A stretch of 39,690 bases of DNA from NCBI GenBank assembly GCA_016203175.1, contig JACQNH010000005.1, forward strand, positions 1 through 39,690. Reading direction: 5' to 3'. The stretch is from Candidatus Woesearchaeota archaeon. GTDB lineage: Archaea > Nanobdellota > Nanobdellia > SCGC-AAA011-G17 > JACQNH01. Shown piece by piece: positions 1 to 7,321 of the stretch (its first letter is position 1; every line of letters starts with the position of its first letter). Made by a program: the position numbers and the translations under genes. The notes beneath the pieces were generated by a model that saw only the letters and a program-made list of their open reading frames with translations, was not told the origin of the DNA and searched no databases.

Positions 1-25
1 GCTCACGCTAAGTGTGCTTTACAGT

Positions 26-52
26 AGCGTAGCATCAACGCTACGCTTTTTT
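26..52 (+). terminator. Stem-loop plus oligo-T, putative 3' end of an unseen upstream + strand transcript
   Basis: Perfect 8-bp inverted repeat AGCGTAGC (26-33) / GCTACGCT (40-47) with a 6-nt loop. It runs directly into T6 (47-52) and further T-rich sequence. Confidence 0.35.
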
Positions 53-173
53 ATTATTTTTTGAGTAAAAATAGATTTCGTTTGGCCCCTAGTCAAAGAC
101 TAGTGGAAATCTTTGGATTATATTAGGGTTTTTAATCTTCGTCCAGAAAGGGAGTTTATACAAGATTATCGGT

Positions 174-953
174 ATGTTAATTTTATCTTATTTTTACTAT
201 GGAATTGCAATTACAGGAACTCATGAAACAAGACATAATACATTTGTTAAATCAAGATCATTAAATAAAATTTTAGCTTACTTTTTCTCAGATTTTTGGG
301 GGGGTCAAAGTAATGAATGGTGGTATCACAGACACGTAAAAGTACATCATATTCACACAAATATTACAGAAAAAGAAGAAGCAGTTTTCTATTACCCATG
401 GATAAATAAATACGTATATTTTTTTATTCTTCCTTATTTAGTAATGTTTTGGCTATTAATCCATAGCATTTATTTTTTATGGGGAGAGTGGAAAAAATTA
501 TTTTTATTTTTAATGATAAATTTAACAGGCTGGATTTTTCATGTTTATCTTTTTAGCCTAATACTACCATTACAATACGCATTTATTTCAGTTTTCATAA
601 TGCGTAGTTTGTTTGCACCATTATTTATGCAATTAGCAGTCTTTAATCATATTGGACTAGAAGATCCAAAAACAAGACTCCCTTGGTTATCACATCAAAC
701 AAAAACAACTAGGAATTTAAAAAAGCACTGGTTCTTAAATGGAATAGGGGGGAATGCATTTGTTGAGTGTCACATAGAACATCATTTATTCCCTAGTATC
801 TCAAATAGATTACTTTCAAAAATAAAACCACTAATAATTAAACAACTTAAAAAAGAAGGTTATAAGTACATAGAAGAAAGCTACTGGGATGTTTTAACTA
901 AGTGTTTAAAATACTATGATGAAATATTCAAGAATACAAATATAGCTATCTAA
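174..953 (+). CDS. Membrane fatty-acid desaturase/hydroxylase family protein (three His boxes), possibly N-terminally truncated
   Basis: His boxes in canonical order: HETRH (res 17-21), HRHVKVHH (res 52-59), HIEHHLFP (res 200-207), with hydrophobic segments between them. The first box lies unusually close to the Met. The frame stays open upstream to nt 93 but contains no ATG/GTG/TTG. Confidence 0.7.
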   Translation: MLILSYFYYGIAITGTHETRHNTFVKSRSLNKILAYFFSDFWGGQSNEWWYHRHVKVHHIHTNITEKEEAVFYYPWINKYVYFFILPYLVMFWLLIHSIYFLWGEWKKLFLFLMINLTGWIFHVYLFSLILPLQYAFISVFIMRSLFAPLFMQLAVFNHIGLEDPKTRLPWLSHQTKTTRNLKKHWFLNGIGGNAFVECHIEHHLFPSISNRLLSKIKPLIIKQLKKEGYKYIEESYWDVLTKCLKYYDEIFKNTNIAI

Positions 954-994
954 AAAATAACAATATTTTTAAACTTCATATAACCAATAAAACT

Positions 995-1120
995 ATGCTT
1001 TTAGAAGAAAATATAGATTTTGAAGAAGATTTTGAAAACGATTTAGAACCTAATGAAATTATACACCAAAAAATCAAATTAAAATCTAAAAAACAAAAAT
1101 TCCCAGCAGTAGCATCTTAA
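995..1120 (+). CDS. Small acidic ORF (41 aa), hypothetical
   Basis: ATG 995, product MLLEENIDFEEDFENDLEPNEIIHQKIKLKSKKQKFPAVAS. The stop at 1118-1120 is 1 nt before the ATG of the next gene, suggesting translational coupling. Below the ORF-track cutoff; no family recognised. Confidence 0.2.
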   Translation: MLLEENIDFEEDFENDLEPNEIIHQKIKLKSKKQKFPAVAS

Positions 1121-1121
1121 A

Positions 1122-1661
1122 ATGGCAATAATAACCATAAAAGAAATTATTGATTTAATAATTATGACTGTAGCTTTAGGTTATATATTCTCAGGCTTCA
1201 TTCCACAACCAAGAACATTGTATAAAGTTATAAGCCCAACATTTAACCTACAAACATTCAAATATTCCTGTTTAATTGCAGCACCAGCAGTTGTATTGCA
1301 CGAATTAGCACATAAATTTGTAGCTTTAGCCTTTGGAATACCCGCAACATTCAAAATGTTTCCCTTCGGTTTAGTATTAGGAATAATCTTAAAATTAATA
1401 AATTCACCATTTTTAATCATAGCACCTGGTTACGTCCAGCTTCCAGCATTACAAACACCAATAACAAGATTAATAGCTTTAGCAGGACCATTAACAAATT
1501 TATTGATATTTTTAATTGCTTTAATAGTTCTAAAAAAAGTAAAACTTTCAAATAAATATTTTCTTTTATGGAATTTAACAAAACAAATTAATTTAATATT
1601 ATTTATATTTAATCTTTTACCAATTCCACCATTAGATGGTTCAAAAGTATTTTTTGGTTAA
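1122..1661 (+). CDS. Site-2 protease-like M50 family intramembrane metalloprotease
   Basis: HELAH (HExxH) within a hydrophobic segment, plus C-terminal LLPIPPLDGSKV (the PxxxLDG motif of M50/S2P). Polytopic membrane protein. Confidence 0.75.
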   Translation: MAIITIKEIIDLIIMTVALGYIFSGFIPQPRTLYKVISPTFNLQTFKYSCLIAAPAVVLHELAHKFVALAFGIPATFKMFPFGLVLGIILKLINSPFLIIAPGYVQLPALQTPITRLIALAGPLTNLLIFLIALIVLKKVKLSNKYFLLWNLTKQINLILFIFNLLPIPPLDGSKVFFG

Positions 1662-1662
1662 T

Positions 1663-2301
1663 TCACCTTTTATTTTTCTTACCTTTGAAAATTCTTTTAA
1701 TGAACTTTCTTATTTTCTTCTTAACTTTTTTAGGAGCTTTCTTCTTAATCTTTTTAACTTTCTTTTCTAATTCTTTCTGAACTTCTAACCTATATTGCGC
1801 TAATTCTGTTTCAATCTTTTTAATTTCTTCTTTAATTTTAATAATTCTAGAAATATTGCTTTCTTGCATCATTAATTTACCACATTCAGGACATTTATAG
1901 CCACACTCTAAAGCATCATCATTACTTATCCTTTCACATTCATCAGGGCAAACAAAATAAGAAACCTTCTCCTCTAATTTTAATTGGTCTTTTAATTCTT
2001 TAAGTTTTTTGACATTAACAGCTTCTTTTAATTTAAAAGCAGCATTTTCGTCAAGATTCCAAAAATAAACATACCAACCCTTTTTTTTATCTTTTCTTCT
2101 TATACTAGTAACTAAAGCTTGGGCACTTAAGCCATATAACATACTTCTAACTTGATTAACAGTCAATTTCAATTTTTCAGCTATCTTAATCTCACTAACA
2201 TTCTTTTTACCTCTAATTAGATTAACAAGAGGAACAGCATCTTTTCTAACAACTTGAGAAATCAACTCATTTAAAACATCATTAGAAAGCTTATTAACCA
2301 T
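1663..2301 (-). CDS. tfe: Transcription factor E (TFE alpha, TFIIE-alpha homolog)
   Basis: N-terminal winged helix (VSEIKIAEKLKLTVNQVRSMLYGL...GWYVYFWNL) followed by a Zn ribbon (CPDEC...CPECG). The track start at 2310 is TTG; the first ATG is at 2301. The C-terminal tail is extremely Lys-rich. Confidence 0.8.
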   Translation of the reverse strand: MVNKLSNDVLNELISQVVRKDAVPLVNLIRGKKNVSEIKIAEKLKLTVNQVRSMLYGLSAQALVTSIRRKDKKKGWYVYFWNLDENAAFKLKEAVNVKKLKELKDQLKLEEKVSYFVCPDECERISNDDALECGYKCPECGKLMMQESNISRIIKIKEEIKKIETELAQYRLEVQKELEKKVKKIKKKAPKKVKKKIRKFIKRIFKGKKNKR

Positions 2302-2412
2302 TAAAAACAAAGATTACAAAAAGTATAAAAACCTTTCCTATTGAGAATCACAAAAATAATTACTGCTAAATGTATAAAAATATTTAAATAAAGCATTAAT
2401 TCTAAAATTTAT

Positions 2413-3054
2413 ATGTTCCAATTTCTCAAAAAAAAAGAAGTAAAGCCGCAATTCCCCGGATTTCCATCCTTAGAACAAAAAGACGGCCCAAAATTTCCAG
2501 AACAAGAGGCTATAGAATTCCCAAAATTTCCAGAACCTAAAGGTACATTTCTAGAAAAGCACGAAGAAATCCCAACCTATAAACCTACATTTCCTACTAC
2601 AGAACTACCAAAAAGAGAAGAACCATTAAAACTGCAATTCCCAGAGCAAAAACCACCAATTACAGCAAAAGAAGAACTAGAAATCCCTATTAGAAAACCT
2701 ACTTTTAGACCCACATTATCCCCCCAAGCATTAAGAATAGAGCGTTATGAAGAACCTCAAAGAGAACCTATAAGGGAATATAAATTTGAACCAACTAGAA
2801 TACCAGAAGTAAAAGAATATCGAGAACCAATAGTCCATAAAGAAGAATCTATTTTTGTTAAAGTTGAAAAATATGAAGAAGCAAGAAATTTATTATCAAA
2901 AGTAACAGAAAAGCTAAATGAAACCCAAAAATTAATCTCAGAACTAGAAAGAATAAAAGATGAAGAAGAATCGCAGTTAAAATCCTACCAAGAATCAGTT
3001 AATTCAATAAAGCAAAAATTAGTAGATATAGATAAGACCTTATTTTCTGAATAA
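2413..3054 (+). CDS. Pro/Glu-rich repeat protein with C-terminal coiled coil, hypothetical
   Basis: N-terminal roughly 140 aa are built from (K)FPE/PxF-type repeats. At DNA level, cccaaaatttccagaac occurs twice, 32 nt apart, around 2488-2536. The C-terminal roughly 65 aa have heptad-like character (EKYEEARNLLSKVTEKLNETQKLISELERIKDEEE...). Confidence 0.5.
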   Translation: MFQFLKKKEVKPQFPGFPSLEQKDGPKFPEQEAIEFPKFPEPKGTFLEKHEEIPTYKPTFPTTELPKREEPLKLQFPEQKPPITAKEELEIPIRKPTFRPTLSPQALRIERYEEPQREPIREYKFEPTRIPEVKEYREPIVHKEESIFVKVEKYEEARNLLSKVTEKLNETQKLISELERIKDEEESQLKSYQESVNSIKQKLVDIDKTLFSE

Positions 3055-3055
3055 A

Positions 3056-3409
3056 ATGACCCAACAAACTGTTTTTAAAAAAATCAATTATCCAATTTTA
3101 CTAAGAAAAAAAGTTCTATCTTTAGCTTTAGACGCAGCAGAATTAAACTCTAATATAAAAACTATGATTGTGGATAGAGATTTAAAATTAAATTACCTAA
3201 ACAAAATAAAGTCAAATATAAAAGAAGTAAAAGATTTATTAAAAAAGGTAAAATTATCCTATTTAAGTGAAATAGAGCATCTTTCAATAAAAGAATCAAA
3301 ATTAAAAGACAAAGAGGCATTTAAACCATATAAAAAAGAAATTTCAGCCGAAAATTACGATTTATTGAAAGAAATTAGCGAAATTAAAGAAAAATTGGCC
3401 AAAATCTAG
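3056..3409 (+). CDS. Coiled-coil protein, hypothetical
   Basis: The ATG is 1 nt after the stop of the preceding gene. Lys/Glu/Leu-rich heptad-like sequence; no motif recognised. Confidence 0.45.
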   Translation: MTQQTVFKKINYPILLRKKVLSLALDAAELNSNIKTMIVDRDLKLNYLNKIKSNIKEVKDLLKKVKLSYLSEIEHLSIKESKLKDKEAFKPYKKEISAENYDLLKEISEIKEKLAKI

Positions 3410-3462
3410 TTCTTTACCTTGTCAAAAAGTATTTAAATAAGCGCCATATCACTATGTAAATT

Positions 3463-5943
3463 ATGGAAATTTCAAAACCCTTCTTAATAGAGCGTTTTAA
3501 GCAGCAACCTTCAAAATACTGGAAAGTTAATCTCTTTGAAGAAAAGGGTTTCTCAAGAATAGAATGTAAAAAATGCGGAAAACACTTCTGGACTTTAGAT
3601 CAAAATAAACAAATATGCTCAGATTCCTCATGTTCACAATATAGTTTCTTAAATTCCCCAATAACAAAAAGAAAACTAGATTACGTAGAAATGTGGAAAA
3701 CTTTTGAAAACTTTTTTAAAAAAAATGATCACTCCTCAACTCCAAGATACCCTGTTATAGATAGAGTCAGACCAGATTTATATTTTACCATAGCCTCAAT
3801 TCAAGATTTTCAAAGAATTGACAAGTCAGGAAATATGTTCTTTGTTTATCCCTTTAATCCTTTAATTGTTCCACAAATGTGTTTAAGATTTGGTGATACC
3901 CAATTAGTAGGGGTTTCAGGAAGACATCTAACATCATTCTGTATGTCAGGACAGCATGCTTTCAATTTCAAAAACAAAGGTTATTTTAAAGATGAATGTA
4001 TAAGGTTAAATTTTGAATTTTTAACAAAAGAACTAGGAATTCCAGAAGAAGAATTAATGTATATTGAAGATTTATGGCACATGCCAGATTTTTCAGCCTT
4101 CGGTCCTTCATTAGAAACATTCTCAAAAGGATGTGAATTAGTAAACTCAGTCTTTATGCAATTCCAGGCAACTTATGGAACGAATTTCAAAGAGCTCCCA
4201 ATTAAAGTTATAGACGTTGGTTGGGGGCATGAAAGATTAACATGGTTCTCAAATGGTACCCCAACAATATATGAATCAACATTCGGCCCGATAGCTAATG
4301 AATTAAAGAAAAAAGCAGGAATAAAAGTAAATCCAGATTTATTAGCAGAAATCTCTTCAGCGGTTTCATCCTTGGATTTTGATAAAGAAGGAAGAAATAT
4401 AGAAAAGATTTACAAAAAATTAAATATCTCCGATAAGATACTTTCAACACAATTATATCCACTACAAGCGATATACGCAATCTGTGACCACTTAAGAACA
4501 ATTTTATTTGCAGTAACAGATGGGGGCATTCCATCAAATGTAGGTGGAGGTTATAATCTAAGAGTCTTATTAAGAAGGGTTTTTAGTTTTGAAGATAAAT
4601 ATAAGTTTAATTTTGATTTTATGCACATAATAGAGTCTCATGCAAAATATTTAAAGAGAATATATCCTGAGTTAAAAGAGTCTCTAAAAACAATTCAAAA
4701 AGTTTTAGACGTAGAAAGAGCAAAATACAATGCAACAAAAGAAGCAGCTAAAAGTTTAATTGAAAGAATGATCTCAAGAAAAGAAGGCTTCTCAACAGAA
4801 AAGTTAATCACTTTATACGAATCCCAAGGTATCCAACCAGAATATGTCCAGCAATTTAAAGATATAAAAATTCCTGAAGATTTCTATGAAAAATTAACAG
4901 CCAAGCATGTAAAAGCAGAAAACCCAATTAAAGAACAAAAACAAGAATTTTATTTTAAACTGCAACCAACAAAAGCAGGATATTATGAAACACCTTTAGA
5001 ATTTGAATTTGATGCAAATATTGTAAAAGTTGTAAATAAATACGTAGTTCTAGATAAAACATTATTCTACCCAGGCGGTGGCGGTCAAGAACACGATCTA
5101 GGAAAGATTGGCAATTCAAATGTCTTATCGGTAGAAAAAATTGGCAGCGTAATAATGCACTTAGTTGATACTCCAACATTCCACGAAGGTGCAAAAGTTC
5201 ATTGCATTGTAGACAAGGATAGACGCTTGCAATTAATGCAACATCATACAGCCACACATATAGTTAACGCTTCAGCCCAGCATGTTCTCGGTAATCATGT
5301 AAATCAAGCTGGAACGCATAAATCAGTTGAAAAAGCTCATTTAGACATTACACATTTTCAAAACATTACCCCAGAAGAACTAGTTCAAATAGGAGATTTT
5401 GCAAATACAATTGTAAAAAAAGGAATTAAATTGAGAATCAACACATATACAAGAGAAATTGCTGAAAAAAGATTTGGTTTAAAAATCTATCAGGGCGGCG
5501 CAATAGAAGGTAAAAAAATTAGAATTGTAGAGATCCCAAGAACAGATGTAGAAGCGTGTGCAGGTACTCATTTATCAACAACTAAAGATGTAAAAGCAAT
5601 AAAAATATTAAAAACATCTAAAATTCAAGATGGAATAGTAAGAATAGAATTTGTAGCAGGTAATAAAGCTTTAGAAGAAACTGAAAAAGAAAAAGAATTA
5701 TTAAAAAGATTATCTGAAAAATTAAAAGTCTCAGTTCAAGAAATACCAGAAAGAGCCAAAGAATTATTTGAAAAATGGAAGGAAGTAAAAAAAGGTAAAC
5801 AACTAACACCATTTAAAATAAAAAAATCAACACAAGGTTCAAATAAAGTTCTAATAGATTTAACTGTTTCTTATCTTAAAACGCAACCAGAGCATTTAGA
5901 AAAAACAATAGATAGATTCCTAAAGGATATAGGGTCAGTTTAA
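3463..5943 (+). CDS. alaS: Alanine--tRNA ligase, archaeal type
   Basis: N-terminal CKKCGKHFWT element typical of archaeal AlaRS. Editing-domain metal motifs HHTATH (HxxxH) and CAGTH (CxxxH). Length 826 aa. Confidence 0.9.
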   Translation: MEISKPFLIERFKQQPSKYWKVNLFEEKGFSRIECKKCGKHFWTLDQNKQICSDSSCSQYSFLNSPITKRKLDYVEMWKTFENFFKKNDHSSTPRYPVIDRVRPDLYFTIASIQDFQRIDKSGNMFFVYPFNPLIVPQMCLRFGDTQLVGVSGRHLTSFCMSGQHAFNFKNKGYFKDECIRLNFEFLTKELGIPEEELMYIEDLWHMPDFSAFGPSLETFSKGCELVNSVFMQFQATYGTNFKELPIKVIDVGWGHERLTWFSNGTPTIYESTFGPIANELKKKAGIKVNPDLLAEISSAVSSLDFDKEGRNIEKIYKKLNISDKILSTQLYPLQAIYAICDHLRTILFAVTDGGIPSNVGGGYNLRVLLRRVFSFEDKYKFNFDFMHIIESHAKYLKRIYPELKESLKTIQKVLDVERAKYNATKEAAKSLIERMISRKEGFSTEKLITLYESQGIQPEYVQQFKDIKIPEDFYEKLTAKHVKAENPIKEQKQEFYFKLQPTKAGYYETPLEFEFDANIVKVVNKYVVLDKTLFYPGGGGQEHDLGKIGNSNVLSVEKIGSVIMHLVDTPTFHEGAKVHCIVDKDRRLQLMQHHTATHIVNASAQHVLGNHVNQAGTHKSVEKAHLDITHFQNITPEELVQIGDFANTIVKKGIKLRINTYTREIAEKRFGLKIYQGGAIEGKKIRIVEIPRTDVEACAGTHLSTTKDVKAIKILKTSKIQDGIVRIEFVAGNKALEETEKEKELLKRLSEKLKVSVQEIPERAKELFEKWKEVKKGKQLTPFKIKKSTQGSNKVLIDLTVSYLKTQPEHLEKTIDRFLKDIGSV

Positions 5944-6052
5944 TCCCTTATATATTTAGTTTTAAATTTGATTCCTCAGATTTTGGATAACTTTAAAAAC
6001 AATTTTTACATTCTTTTATTAGGAGATGATAAGAACGCTAGGTTCTTATTAT

Positions 6053-6139
6053 GGATCCGTAGCTCAGCCTGGATAGAGCACCGGCCTTCTATTTTAAGGA
6101 GAAAGTCGGGGGTCGGGGGTTCAAATCCCCTCGGATCCG
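6053..6139 (+). tRNA. tRNA-Arg(TCT) with 12-nt intron at 37/38
   Basis: Acceptor stem GGATCCG/CGGATCC, D stem GCTC/GAGC, anticodon stem CCGGC/GTCGG (one G-U), T arm GGGGG-TTCAAAT-CCCCT. There are 19 nt between the anticodon stem halves: a 7-nt loop CTTCTA..A plus 12 extra nt. Confidence 0.85.
6092..6103 (+). other. tRNA-Arg intron (about 12 nt, relaxed bulge-helix-bulge)
   Basis: Loop nt CTTC (6086-6089) can pair with GGAG (6098-6101). This leaves 3-nt bulges TAT (6090-6092) and AAA (6102-6104) and only a 5-nt terminal loop. The exact splice points are inferred. Confidence 0.6.
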
Positions 6140-6147
6140 CTTTTAAA

Positions 6148-6528
6148 ATGGAAAAGAAACCCGAGGAAATCTTATTGGACTTAAGCGAAACAGAAGAAGC
6201 GAGAATCCAAGCAGCTTTTAAATTAGAAAATAGATTCGATAAAGTAGCTATTGAAGCATTTAAAAAAGCCATTAAAACAGAACCATCCCCAATAGTAAGA
6301 CACGAAATAGCATTTTCAATGGGAGAAACAGGTTCAAAAGAATTAGTTAATCCCTTAATAGAAGCAATGGAAAATGATCCGCATATTTTCGTTAGACATG
6401 AAGCAACCTTAGCGTTAGGAACATTAGGAAAAAAAGAAGCAGTTCCTCATCTTAAAAAAATACTTAAATGTGGTATTCCAGAAATAGAAGAATCTGCTAA
6501 AATCGCTTTACAAAGGATAAATAGTTAA
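6148..6528 (+). CDS. Half-size deoxyhypusine hydroxylase (DOHH)-like HEAT-repeat protein
   Basis: 126 aa with two His-Glu motifs in HEAT helices: IVRHEIAFSMGETG and FVRHEATLALGTLG, followed by IEESAKIALQRI. The 186-aa track ORF (5968..) reads through tRNA-Arg; the ATG at 6148 is the first start downstream of the tRNA. Confidence 0.65.
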   Translation: MEKKPEEILLDLSETEEARIQAAFKLENRFDKVAIEAFKKAIKTEPSPIVRHEIAFSMGETGSKELVNPLIEAMENDPHIFVRHEATLALGTLGKKEAVPHLKKILKCGIPEIEESAKIALQRINS

Positions 6529-6565
6529 TCTTTTTAACTAGAATTCCATCAAAAAATTTATAACT

Positions 6566-6637
6566 GCGCCGTTAGCCAAGCGGTAAGGCAATTGCCTGCA
6601 GAGCAATCATACGGGGGTTCGAATCCCTCACGGCGCT
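6566..6637 (+). tRNA. tRNA-Cys(GCA)
   Basis: Perfect acceptor stem GCGCCGT/ACGGCGC, anticodon arm ATTGC-CTGCAGA-GCAAT, T arm GGGGG-TTCGAAT-CCCTC. 72 nt, no intron. Confidence 0.9.
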
Positions 6638-6649
6638 TTAATACTAAAA

Positions 6650-7273
6650 ATGCTAAACAAAGAAAAATTAGAAATGGCACAAAAATGTAGTAAATGTGGC
6701 AAACCTCTTCTAAATAAAACACAATTAAACTTAACCTCTTTAGTTTCTTCTTTTAATCTAAAAAAAGAAAATCATGAAATAAAAGACTTAAATTATAAAG
6801 ATAAATCACTAATTGAAATTTATATAGAAAAAAGTGAAATTAATATTATAATTGCCAATGAAGAATTGTGCAATGAATGCAAAAACAAAAAAGAAAATCC
6901 TTTAGAAGAAATTGTTTTAGAAGATAAAAAAGAAAATATTATCAATCCCTATAGACCTCAAATTAGTTATCTCAAAGATCTTTATGAACAAAAACAAATT
7001 TATAGTAAACAAGGTTCAAACATAGATCCTATAAGTGGCGCAACAGTTCATTATGTTTCTCCCTCTCAGTTACCCTCTGGTTATGGATGGAAAGCCTTAG
7101 GAATGTATGATCCTTCAACGCATACAATTTATATTGCAGATAACTTACCATATAACATAGAAAGATTTGTTTATCATCATGAAGTTGGTCATGCATTGGG
7201 TATTAGAAATGAACAACAAGCAGATAACTATGCAGCTTCCAAAGTAGGCTATAATATAAGAAATGCAGCTTAA
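6650..7273 (+). CDS. Putative zinc metallopeptidase with N-terminal Cys-pair (zinc-ribbon-like) region
   Basis: CSKCG ... CNEC Cys pairs in the N-terminal half; C-terminal HHEVGHALG (HExxH) followed by EQQAD. No signal peptide is evident. Confidence 0.5.
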   Translation: MLNKEKLEMAQKCSKCGKPLLNKTQLNLTSLVSSFNLKKENHEIKDLNYKDKSLIEIYIEKSEINIIIANEELCNECKNKKENPLEEIVLEDKKENIINPYRPQISYLKDLYEQKQIYSKQGSNIDPISGATVHYVSPSQLPSGYGWKALGMYDPSTHTIYIADNLPYNIERFVYHHEVGHALGIRNEQQADNYAASKVGYNIRNAA

Positions 7274-7321
7274 ACATTTTATTTACACAATTAAAAAAAG
7301 AAAAAATAAAACCTAGAAAAA

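Noticed and set aside
62-173. Hairpin CTAGTC-AAA-GACTAG (about 89-103) upstream of the desaturase gene, considered as a small RNA or C/D box
   Set aside because: No C (RUGAUGA) or D (CUGA) boxes lie in a suitable arrangement. The region is also in frame with the downstream desaturase ORF and may be a remnant of its N-terminal coding sequence.
1181-1420. Antisense or shadow ORFs in the track: 1181-1420, 4295-4537, 4955-5257, 5618-5812, 6006-6272, 7431-7886, 10346-10660, 14107-14469, 14638-14916, 23010-23249, 23300-23521, 23744-24112, 23949-24236, 26946-27164, 32721-32996, 33394-33699, 34318-34527, 34580-34858, 36855-37055, 37376-37615, 38501-38686, 38705-38938
   Set aside because: Each lies entirely within or opposite a longer ORF with clear family motifs. 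Their products are low-complexity Leu/Phe/Ile/Ser-rich, as expected for the antisense strand of AT-rich genes, and no independent start signals are present.
5968-6147. N-terminal 60 codons of the 186-aa track ORF 5968..6528
   Set aside because: This part of the frame reads straight through a well-folded tRNA-Arg (6053-6139). The recognisable HEAT/DOHH-like protein begins at the in-frame ATG 6148, so the upstream part is treated as non-coding read-through.
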